This document shows, one piece after another, positions 9,957 through 19,906 of a stretch of DNA of 64,000 nucleotides. The stretch is from assembly GCA_028865095.1 (NCBI GenBank), contig JAGWLA010000002.1:49319-113318 (forward strand), given 5' to 3'. Within the stretch, counting starts at the first letter, position 1. Every line of letters starts with the position of its first letter. Below the pieces are notes generated by a model that saw nothing but the letters and a program-made list of their open reading frames with translations, was not told the origin of the DNA and ran no database searches. The translations under genes and the position numbers were made by a program. This stretch comes from Patescibacteria group bacterium (GTDB taxonomy: Bacteria; Patescibacteriota; Minisyncoccia; Phycocordibacterales; PALSA-1337).

Positions 9957-9990
9957 ACGCGGTCGGTGTGGCCGCGTCCTTTTTTGGACG
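9957..9990 (+). terminator. rho-independent terminator of a possible short transcript
   Basis: GGACGCGG-TCGGTGTG-GCCGCGTCC hairpin followed by TTTTTTGG. An extended -10 TGGTAAAAT with an upstream TTGACT lies about 60 nt before it (see finding). Confidence 0.4.
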
Positions 9991-10450
9991 CAAGGTCGAT
10001 TAATAGTCGCTAAAATTCTTTAACCATCCCAATGCCAGACAGATCAAGAGATAGGAATGGCAGGCTTCGCGAGAAGCGTGCTGACACCAAAGTCGAGACT
10101 CTGAAGGAGACCTACCCTGAATTCGAAGGTATAAATGGAAACATGCATCTCGGTACCCTCAAGGAAGCTTTCGGAACGGAATCGCTGGATGGAGTTCGTC
10201 GCGCTCTTCGCGGTGCATAGAACTTCATACAACCTAATACCCTGAAAACAGTCGAGACAAGCGGCTGTTTTTGTATGCCAAGTTTAAACTATTGCAAAAA
10301 TGAAAACAGGAGTATAATTGTCGCACTTGCACGCATGGTCAGGTCGTCCGTTGCGATCATGCGAATCTAGAAGTCCAGAAAACGCTCTTGAAGCGCCGTT
10401 TTCTGATCGGTTTTGTCAATGTTTTATTAATAGTTAACTTAGTATAGACT

Positions 10451-11314
10451 ATGTACACGACACAACTTTTACCTGTCATGATTAGCAAAAAGATATTATC
10501 GAATGTCGAATCGAAGCCGTATTTCCAAAAAGGCGATTTTGTTCTTTATCATGGGGATTCTTTGAATGTTCTGGCTCAGTTGCCGGAGAATTCTATAGAT
10601 ATGATATTTGCAGATCCGCCATACAACCTTTCAAACGGGGGTTTTAGCGTCCATGCAGGCAAAATGGTTAGTGTGAACAAAGGTGACTGGGACAAGAGTA
10701 AAGGATTCAAGGATGATTATGATTTTCATTATCGCTGGCTGGAGGCTTGTAAGCGCATACTGAAGCCAAATGGAACACTTTGGGTTAGTGGAACGTATCA
10801 TTCCATATATCAATGTGGCCATGCGCTTCAGGCGCTTGGTTATCATATCCTGAATGATATTTCTTGGTTTAAGCCGAATGCTTCACCGAACCTAAGTTGC
10901 AGATTTTTCACTGCAAGCCACGAGACGATCATTTGGGCTAGGAAGGACAAGAAGGGGAAACACACTTTTAACTATGAATGGATGAAGAATAAGGAATGGC
11001 CAAGCGACTTTTTTAAGAATCCTAATAAACAGATGAGGAGTGTTTGGCATATACCAGACGTAGAGGATGTTTGGACTGTCGGTACTCCCAAAAGGGAAGA
11101 GAAAACGTTTGGAAAACATCCTACACAGAAGCCGCTGGAACTTCTCCGTAGGATCGTGCTTGCAAGCACAAATAGGGGTAATATAGTCCTTGACCCATTC
11201 ACTGGCAGTTCGACTACGGGAATAGCCTCGATCATGAATGGTCGAAAGTTTGTCGGTATAGATACTACGAAGGATTTTCTTGAGCTTTCAAAGAAGCGAT
11301 TACTAGAATTATAG
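10451..11314 (+). CDS. type II DNA methyltransferase, beta-class amino-MTase (N6-adenine or N4-cytosine)
   Basis: Motif IV DPPY (IFADPPYNLS) precedes motif I (IVLDPFTGSSTTGIA) in a beta-class permutation. The gene sits in a low-GC (about 40%) segment. Confidence 0.8.
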   Translation: MYTTQLLPVMISKKILSNVESKPYFQKGDFVLYHGDSLNVLAQLPENSIDMIFADPPYNLSNGGFSVHAGKMVSVNKGDWDKSKGFKDDYDFHYRWLEACKRILKPNGTLWVSGTYHSIYQCGHALQALGYHILNDISWFKPNASPNLSCRFFTASHETIIWARKDKKGKHTFNYEWMKNKEWPSDFFKNPNKQMRSVWHIPDVEDVWTVGTPKREEKTFGKHPTQKPLELLRRIVLASTNRGNIVLDPFTGSSTTGIASIMNGRKFVGIDTTKDFLELSKKRLLEL

Positions 11315-11321
11315 AAACAAC

Positions 11322-11843
11322 ATGATCAAAAAAGGAGTTGGAGGAGGAAATACAATAACTGGTCTTCGCTTCGAAAAGAGAGCAAGCATCTTAAAGCTTC
11401 TTAGTAGTCATGAAGGCTATAAAGTAAAAGGTCACATTATCTATTACCAAGGTAATGAAGTAGCGCAAAGTTATAGAAAAAATGGACTATATAAATACCT
11501 CGAATCAAAGGGTGTAGACTACGAAAAATATATATCCAAGAAATTACTTCCCGACGAGGCTATTTATGTGATCAGAAATAACACTCTATTTGTCATAGAG
11601 ATTAAATTCCAGAGTGTTGCAGGCTCGGTCGATGAAAAGCTTCAGACTTGTGACTTCAAGAAAAAGCAATACAAGAAGCTTGTGGCACCACTTAATATCG
11701 ATGCAGAATATATCTATATTCTGAATGATTGGTTTAGGAGACCAGAATATAAAGATGTTCTGGACTATATTATTTCGGTTGGATGCCAGTATTATTTCCA
11801 ATACTTACCATTGGAGAAGATCGGGCTACCAGTCCCAGCCTAA
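11322..11843 (+). CDS. putative type II restriction endonuclease (PD-(D/E)xK fold)
   Basis: Starts 8 nt after the methyltransferase stop, with the same low GC. Candidate PD...ExK motif (LLPDEAIYVIRNNTLFVIEIKFQ). No database check possible. Confidence 0.45.
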   Translation: MIKKGVGGGNTITGLRFEKRASILKLLSSHEGYKVKGHIIYYQGNEVAQSYRKNGLYKYLESKGVDYEKYISKKLLPDEAIYVIRNNTLFVIEIKFQSVAGSVDEKLQTCDFKKKQYKKLVAPLNIDAEYIYILNDWFRRPEYKDVLDYIISVGCQYYFQYLPLEKIGLPVPA

Positions 11844-11862
11844 AGATAATTGTAATAATTTT

Positions 11863-13386
11863 ATGGCTACAAGTTGGAAGGAATGGGAAAATAAAATAGG
11901 AAGAATCTTTAAGAATATTGGTTATACAAAGGTAGATAATATTGATAATTCAATTAATCTACAACCAAGAGAATTCTGTTTAGAGAAGCTGAATCATGAT
12001 ATGCAGGTAGATGTATTTGTCTGTGTTGATAAATCTCAGTGGGTACATATAGAGTGCCGAGATCGGAGGAATCGGACCATAAATGGGTGGCTTCACGAGA
12101 TTAAAGGACGTACTAGCCAACGTCTGACAAAACTAAAGAAAGGATTAAAAATAAAAAATATCAAGGTATTTGGTGTAGCTGCCACATCGCTAAGAGACCT
12201 TGATGGTAAGACCCAGAATGTTGCGGATGATACTGGTGTTGCGCTTTGGCATCACGGAGTAGTGGATTATTTACTTGCTATAACTAAAGGTGCTGGTGGT
12301 CAAGCAGAAGAGCTAGTCTTGAATAGGTGTGGAATTAGGAGAAGTAAGTACTTACCAATAAACATACAAGTTCAACCATGGCCAGGTATATCTGAGTCCT
12401 GGTTTATTGGATACGTATCTCCGCTTCAGATAGCTCACGCGACATTTGTTTATCAACGTGGTAATGGATTTGGAGAATCTGCATATCAGAGATTTCTAAA
12501 ACCACAACGCATTACTGAGATAGCAGACTTTGTTAGAAGTGGTAAATCATTTCCTAATTCAATAGTGATGGCCTTGCCGAAGGGGACCAAGTTGCCAGGC
12601 AGTACCGTAATTAGAGCAAATAATCTAATTACGATTTCGATTCCTGGTGATCCGGAGGGGATCAAGATAATTGATGGTCAGCATAGATTTTTTGGAGCGT
12701 TAGCTTCTGGAATGAACCCGAAGCTTTTGTGCACATTTGTTCAATCTGAAGATCTAGATCAAGCGATCATGTTCGCGAAGATTAACGGTAAACAGGTTAG
12801 TGTTAGTAAGAGCCAATTGATCTCACTATTTTCAATTCCGAATTTTGCAGCAAAGATAGCAGCAGGATACTCAGAAAGAGATCATTTGAAGATTGAACGG
12901 GAGGACACGGTATATAGGGCACTCCAAAGAATGAACCAGAAAGGATTATTTGCTCACAAATTTAATTTTATCTCAGGTAGGCCTTCCAAGGACACGATAC
13001 CGTTTAAATTTATATTTGACACTCTTATGTCACTATGGAATGTTGAGCCGTCCGGACTTGTCACTCTATCAGGGACTACGCAGGAAAAAGGAAAAGTCTT
13101 AGGGGACCGCTTAACATCCTTTTTGTCTGCTTGGGGAAAAGTACTTGGAAAGGAACGCCTTATGGATAGTCAGATATGGTTGCAGCCAACCATGCTAAGT
13201 GCACTAATTAAGACGTATCCAGACTGTAGATGGAATGCTGGGAAAAAGGATGTTGATTCTTGGCTTAAGCGGAGAGGGAAAATATCGTGGATACCTAAAC
13301 CAGAATCTTATCGCGGTGGTTCAGGGGCCTCGACTTTATCAAAGCTGCTATGTAGGAAAATAGGTATCAAGTCACAGTATATTTAG
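11863..13386 (+). CDS. DGQHR-domain (DndB/DpdB-like, ParB/Srx-fold) protein with a ~240-aa N-terminal extension
   Basis: IIDGQHRFFGA motif, preceded by FPNSIVMALPKG, which is typical of the start of the DGQHR/DndB domain. The N-terminal domain (WENKIGRIFKNIGY...DVFVCVDKSQWVHIECRD) looks like an Mrr/restriction-endonuclease-type fold. Start is 19 nt after the putative endonuclease gene, so the three genes probably form one operon. Confidence 0.55.
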   Translation: MATSWKEWENKIGRIFKNIGYTKVDNIDNSINLQPREFCLEKLNHDMQVDVFVCVDKSQWVHIECRDRRNRTINGWLHEIKGRTSQRLTKLKKGLKIKNIKVFGVAATSLRDLDGKTQNVADDTGVALWHHGVVDYLLAITKGAGGQAEELVLNRCGIRRSKYLPINIQVQPWPGISESWFIGYVSPLQIAHATFVYQRGNGFGESAYQRFLKPQRITEIADFVRSGKSFPNSIVMALPKGTKLPGSTVIRANNLITISIPGDPEGIKIIDGQHRFFGALASGMNPKLLCTFVQSEDLDQAIMFAKINGKQVSVSKSQLISLFSIPNFAAKIAAGYSERDHLKIEREDTVYRALQRMNQKGLFAHKFNFISGRPSKDTIPFKFIFDTLMSLWNVEPSGLVTLSGTTQEKGKVLGDRLTSFLSAWGKVLGKERLMDSQIWLQPTMLSALIKTYPDCRWNAGKKDVDSWLKRRGKISWIPKPESYRGGSGASTLSKLLCRKIGIKSQYI

Positions 13387-13395
13387 TATCCACAG

Positions 13396-13893
13396 TTGAA
13401 ATACATGTCCACCGCCAAATCGACACGCTACAGCCCGGAGAGCTTCTTGAAGGGGAAGATAGGGGAATTCGTCTTCGAGGAGATGTTCCGCAGGGCGGGG
13501 AGATTCACGGTCCTGCCATTCGGCTATGAGAAGACCCTGCCGGAGGTGGCTCAAAGGGTCGACCACGTGAGGTACAAGCATATCCTCGAGAATATAAGGA
13601 GCGCGCCGGATTTCGTCATCATCTCCCATGACGCCGCTAACGTCTATATGGTCGAAGTCAAATACCGCACCACCAAGACGGCCGAGGAGATGCTCGAGAT
13701 CGCCAAGGGCATCCAGAAGCGCTGGACCGCCATATGGGTATTCCTGGCCACGCCCGACGGATTCTATTTCGACTCTTGCACCGATATCGTCAAGAATGGG
13801 GGAGCCATGGCGCGGCTCAATACCGGCTGGGTCGATGAGGAGACGCAGAGGGAGTTCGGGGAGTTGCTGAGGAAGTTTGTGCCGGGAAAGTAG
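13396..13893 (+). CDS. PD-(D/E)xK nuclease-fold protein (Hjc/restriction-endonuclease-like)
   Basis: GEFVFEEMFRRAGRFTVLPFGYEK...APDFVIISHDAANVYMVEVKYR resembles the Hjc/NucS-type G...PD...(E)VK core. Confidence 0.4.
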   Translation: MKYMSTAKSTRYSPESFLKGKIGEFVFEEMFRRAGRFTVLPFGYEKTLPEVAQRVDHVRYKHILENIRSAPDFVIISHDAANVYMVEVKYRTTKTAEEMLEIAKGIQKRWTAIWVFLATPDGFYFDSCTDIVKNGGAMARLNTGWVDEETQREFGELLRKFVPGK

Positions 13894-13918
13894 ATCTGCT
13901 CTGTGTTATTCTTTTGTA

Positions 13919-14422
13919 ATGACCCTGATTTCCACCTGGAAAGATCCCGACGGACACATGGTGCGCTTCGAATATGAGGATGCGGATGATTTCAGCATGC
14001 TGGACAAGAGCAAATGCCGCCAAGTGTATGGCGTCTGCTTCTGTGATGGCAAACTGGTCATAGGCCGCGGCGGGCGCAAGGGGGATTGGGGCCTCATAGG
14101 CGGGACCATAGAGCCTGGAGAGACATTCGAGGAGACTCTGAAGCGCGAGGTTCAAGAAGAGTCCAATATGGAGGTCCTTACCGCCAAACCAATCGGATAT
14201 CAGAAGGCTGTCGATACCCGTGACGGTTCATGGGTATACCAACTCCGTTATGTTTGTCGAGTGCAGCCGTATGGTCCGTTCACCGGCGATCCTGATGGTG
14301 GCAGTATACAGGAGATCAAGCTCATAGATCCCGCCGACTATCGCACATACTTCGATTGGGGAGAGACCGGTGAACGGATGATACATAGATCGATCGAGTC
14401 GATTGAAAGATTATCAAAATAA
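13919..14422 (+). CDS. NUDIX hydrolase
   Basis: Nudix box GGTIEPGETFEETLKREVQEESNMEV (Gx5Ex7REUxEExGU). Start placed at MTLISTW. Confidence 0.7.
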   Translation: MTLISTWKDPDGHMVRFEYEDADDFSMLDKSKCRQVYGVCFCDGKLVIGRGGRKGDWGLIGGTIEPGETFEETLKREVQEESNMEVLTAKPIGYQKAVDTRDGSWVYQLRYVCRVQPYGPFTGDPDGGSIQEIKLIDPADYRTYFDWGETGERMIHRSIESIERLSK

Positions 14423-14432
14423 GCAGTCAAAC

Positions 14433-14885
14433 ATGCCCACCCCACGCTCTCAGCGGAGCTACTGGCTCATCAAATCCGAAGGGGATTGCTACTCGATCGA
14501 CGACTTGCGGCGCGACCGGCGCACGGCGTGGACGGGCATACGCAATTATCAGGCCAGGAACTACATGCGAGACATGAAGCCGGGCGACCTCCTGCTCTTC
14601 TACCATTCCATGGCCGACCCCACCGGCATATACGGCATCGCCAAGGTCGCGAGCGCGCCGTATGCCGACCCGACCGCTCTCGACCCGAAGGACGAGCATT
14701 ATGACCCGAAGCGCCCGTGGGTATGCGTGGACGTGGCCTTCGTCAAGAAGCTCGCCGCTCCGGTCTCGCTTGCAGAGATCAAGGCCGATCCTGCGCTCCG
14801 GCATATGCTCGTCGCCCGGCGCGGCCAGCGCCTGTCCGTCATGCCCGTCGAGGAGGCGCATTTCAAGAAGGTGGAGGCTATGTGA
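14433..14885 (+). CDS. EVE domain (PUA-like) protein
   Basis: YWLIKSEG...WTGIRNYQARNYMRDMKPGDLLLFYHS...GIYGIAKV matches the EVE/Thy28-like PUA fold that binds modified bases. Confidence 0.6.
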   Translation: MPTPRSQRSYWLIKSEGDCYSIDDLRRDRRTAWTGIRNYQARNYMRDMKPGDLLLFYHSMADPTGIYGIAKVASAPYADPTALDPKDEHYDPKRPWVCVDVAFVKKLAAPVSLAEIKADPALRHMLVARRGQRLSVMPVEEAHFKKVEAM

Positions 14886-15001
14886 TCTTCGGCATTGACA
14901 CGCATGCTATAATAAAGCCTCCGAAGTATTCATCCTATCGTTGTTCCGAGCGTCTATCAGCAGGAATGCCCTCATCAGGGTGTTTTTTAATCCAAAAAGC
15001 C

Positions 15002-15409
15002 ATGGCAAAAGCTTTCGATATCTGGAATTCCGTCAAGAAAAGGCTCGATGACAAGGTCATCGGTCGCGACTTCTATTTCAATGAGCGCGAGATATGGTGG
15101 TGCTCGCTCGGGCTCAATGTCGGAGTGGAGTCTGACGGAAAGAGCGACACGTTCGAACGGCCTGTCCTTATCATAAAGAAATTCAATGGGGACATGGTAT
15201 GGATCGTGCCGCTCACCGGTATGCCGCATGACGATAGGTATCACAGAAAGATAGCGCACGGGCGCAACGAATCGTGGGCGTGCCTGACTCAGATACGCAC
15301 GATCAGCACCAAAAGGCTATTGAGGAAGGTCGGAACGCTCGAGGAAGCATATTATCAAAGCGTAGTGGAGGGAGTCGCAGCCAATATAAAAACGAAACCC
15401 TCGCTGTAA
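15002..15409 (+). CDS. MazF/PemK-family toxin-like endoribonuclease
   Basis: REIWWCSLGLNVGVESDGKSDTFERPVLIIKK...VWIVPLTG matches the MazF/EndoA core (Exx-W-xxL-xx-GxE...RPVLhh...V..hPhT). No antitoxin-like ORF is evident upstream. The start is uncertain: in-frame ATGs at 14966 and 15002, with a TGCTATAAT -10 at 14907. Confidence 0.45.
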   Translation: MAKAFDIWNSVKKRLDDKVIGRDFYFNEREIWWCSLGLNVGVESDGKSDTFERPVLIIKKFNGDMVWIVPLTGMPHDDRYHRKIAHGRNESWACLTQIRTISTKRLLRKVGTLEEAYYQSVVEGVAANIKTKPSL

Positions 15410-15470
15410 AGCGAGGGAATCTCGGAGGCCGAAGCCGCTAATACAACAAGTGTAGGCGAATCGAAGCCGG

Positions 15471-15905
15471 GTGTCAATATCTTCTTTGTACATCTGCTAT
15501 CATGTCCCGATGATATCCTCGCGCATCCGCATCCGCCTTCGGGTCCCGCTCTGGCAGACCAGGAGCCGCAAGCTGTACATGGCCAACAGGGAAGCCGCCA
15601 GGAGCCTGGTCCATGAGCGGATCGGGCACTTCATGGCGCATTATGGGCCCCGGCATGGCATCGTCCCAGGCCGCGTCGCCATACGCAATCAGAGGAGCCG
15701 ATGGGGCTCGTGCTCCAGGAAGGGCAACCTCAATTTCAATTACAAGATCCTCTTCCTGCCCGCGGCGGCGCGCGACTATGTCATCGTGCATGAGCTGTGC
15801 CATTTGAAGGAGTTCAACCACGGCAGGCGCTTCTGGGACCTGGTGGCCGAGACCGTGCCGGACTATAAGGCGATCAAAAAGGGGATGAGGGAGCGGGTGG
15901 GGTGA
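15471..15905 (+). CDS. DUF45/YgjP-like metal-dependent hydrolase (M48-like HExxH), apparently N-terminally truncated
   Basis: RWGSCSRKGNLNFNYKILFLPAAARDYVIVHELCHLKEFNHGRRFWDLVAETVPDYK matches the WGSC...HELxHL core of DUF45. About 60-70 aa of the usual N-terminus seem to be missing. Confidence 0.55.
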   Translation: MSISSLYICYHVPMISSRIRIRLRVPLWQTRSRKLYMANREAARSLVHERIGHFMAHYGPRHGIVPGRVAIRNQRSRWGSCSRKGNLNFNYKILFLPAAARDYVIVHELCHLKEFNHGRRFWDLVAETVPDYKAIKKGMRERVG

Positions 15906-15975
15906 GGCGCGATTATAATAGGAAAAGGAAATAAAAGCACGTGATCCATGAGGACCACGTGCCGGTCGATCTCGT

Positions 15976-16317
15976 TCAGTTCTTGCTGCGATCGGAGGTG
16001 ACAGGGAAGAGAGGCTCTTTGATCCACTTGCCAGTGGAGAGCAGCTCTAAGTCCTTGAGCGGCCTGGCGATGAATTCGATCTTCATATCGCGGCCATCAA
16101 AGTCGAACTCTGCTTTGAAGACAAATCCGCCGACGGTCCCCATCATCCCGTATGCGTAATCGGTCTGCATCCATCCCTTGACGGCATGGTCCTGCTTGTT
16201 CAGGCGCATCTTCCGTTTCCTTCCGTCTATCATTTCCTGGGCTGCGAGGAATAGGGAGTTTCGGGCTTCGTCATTCAACGAGCCCCCATCGATTATCAGG
16301 CAATATAGCTTGTCCAT
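15976..16317 (-). CDS. hypothetical protein
   Basis: 113-aa ORF with no recognisable motifs. Coding call rests on length and codon usage only. Confidence 0.3.
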   Translation of the reverse strand: MDKLYCLIIDGGSLNDEARNSLFLAAQEMIDGRKRKMRLNKQDHAVKGWMQTDYAYGMMGTVGGFVFKAEFDFDGRDMKIEFIARPLKDLELLSTGKWIKEPLFPVTSDRSKN

Positions 16318-16492
16318 TCAATGTCCTATCGTTCGCACTAAGTTAACACATGATAATCCTCATGTCAAATTCTACGATATCTGCACCATAATGGCATCTC
16401 GCCTCGTATCCCTAGTGTAAGAAGGATTGATCTTTGACAGGGAACAGGTTGGAGACAGGCAGGTGTATGTGTCGGCTTATCCATGACTTTAA

Positions 16493-18844
<2,352 letters not shown>

Positions 18845-18862
18845 CCCCGTCTTTCCTGCCGT

Positions 18863-19180
18863 TCAGCCCTCCTCGGCGCGCCTGACGGTCTTGTTGAGCT
18901 TGGCCCATTCTTTTTCTAGGCTGGTCAATGCGTGGCGGCCCTTCTCTGTGAGGAAGCAGCATCGGCGCGGTTCGCCCGCGTCTATCTCGTCGATGCTGTG
19001 CTCGACTAAGCCGTCATGGACGAGGTCGTGGATCAGGGCATACAAGGTGCCGATCGGCGCTTTGTAGCCGAGGGCATTCATCCGTTTGTGGATATGGTTC
19101 GCCGGCTCGGGAACGCGGCGGATGAGCTTCATGACAAGCAGTTCGAGGAACGATCTGGATGAAAATGTAGGTTTTGACAT
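18863..19180 (-). CDS. PadR family transcriptional regulator
   Basis: Winged-helix PadR core (PIGTLYALIHDLVHDGLVEHSIDEIDAGEPRRCCFLTEKGRHALTSLEKEW). Confidence 0.7.
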   Translation of the reverse strand: MSKPTFSSRSFLELLVMKLIRRVPEPANHIHKRMNALGYKAPIGTLYALIHDLVHDGLVEHSIDEIDAGEPRRCCFLTEKGRHALTSLEKEWAKLNKTVRRAEEG

Positions 19181-19200
19181 AAGATAACGACGATAATGCC

Positions 19201-19345
19201 GGCGAATGGTATTCGCCTATAGGGTGCCATTTTAAATCCTTGGATTTCCAAAGATGCTCTCAAAATGACTCGATAAAATACCCGAATACAGGGATATTCT
19301 GGCAGCGCGATTCATTCACTTCGTAAACCCAAGGATTTTAAAACC
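19201..19345. promoter_or_regulatory. divergent PadR/Hsp20 control region with palindromic and repeated motifs
   Basis: GGCGAAT-GGT-ATTCGCC perfect inverted repeat at 19201-19217. AAATCCTTGGATTT at 19233-19246 and its relative CCCAAGGATTTTAAAA at 19328-19343. Confidence 0.3.
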
Positions 19346-19387
19346 CCTTGTGGTGGCAGACACGTTGTCGCGGCGAATCGCCGCCTT

Positions 19388-19885
19388 CTACGCCGTCTTG
19401 ACCTTGAGCTTCGACTGCCTCTTCTTATCCAGCTTCGGCAGCTTCAAGATGAGCAGGCCATGCTTCTCGACCGCTTCGGCGCCGTCGACGTCGATCTCTT
19501 CAGGGAGCGACACGGTGCGCGAGAACGCGCCCCAGTAGAGCTCCTGGACCAGATAATCCCCGTCGCCCGTGACCCGCTCCTCTTCGCGCCTGCCGCGGAT
19601 GGTGACGGCGTCGCGGGTGATGGAGACGTCGAGGTCGTCGGGGCGCACCCCGGCGATCATGCTCTTGACCACGATCATGTCCGGCGTCTGATAGACGTCG
19701 ATGGTGAGCTCCGCTTCTTTGTCGGTCTCCTCGTCGATCCACGACGCGAGCTCGGCCGCCTTCGCCGCCGACGGGCGGGCTGCGAACGAGCCGGCCGCTT
19801 CCGGGCGCACCGCCGGCGCTTCGTCGCCGTCGTCCATCTTGACCGCTCCCGTCAGCCTCTCGAAGAAAGATCTTTTTGTTGCCAT
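19388..19885 (-). CDS. Hsp20/alpha-crystallin family small heat-shock protein
   Basis: Alpha-crystallin domain (IDVYQTPDMIVVKSMIAGVRPDDLDVSITRDAVTIRGRR...GAFSRTVSLPEEIDVDGAEAVEKHGLLILKLPK). Confidence 0.8.
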   Translation of the reverse strand: MATKRSFFERLTGAVKMDDGDEAPAVRPEAAGSFAARPSAAKAAELASWIDEETDKEAELTIDVYQTPDMIVVKSMIAGVRPDDLDVSITRDAVTIRGRREEERVTGDGDYLVQELYWGAFSRTVSLPEEIDVDGAEAVEKHGLLILKLPKLDKKRQSKLKVKTA

Positions 19886-19906
19886 GGCGCTATTATACCA
19901 CCCCTC

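Noticed and set aside
10032-10220. 62-aa ORFs on both strands in the AT-rich region upstream of the methyltransferase gene
   Set aside because: No Shine-Dalgarno, no motifs. The region looks like promoter/intergenic DNA of the acquired island.
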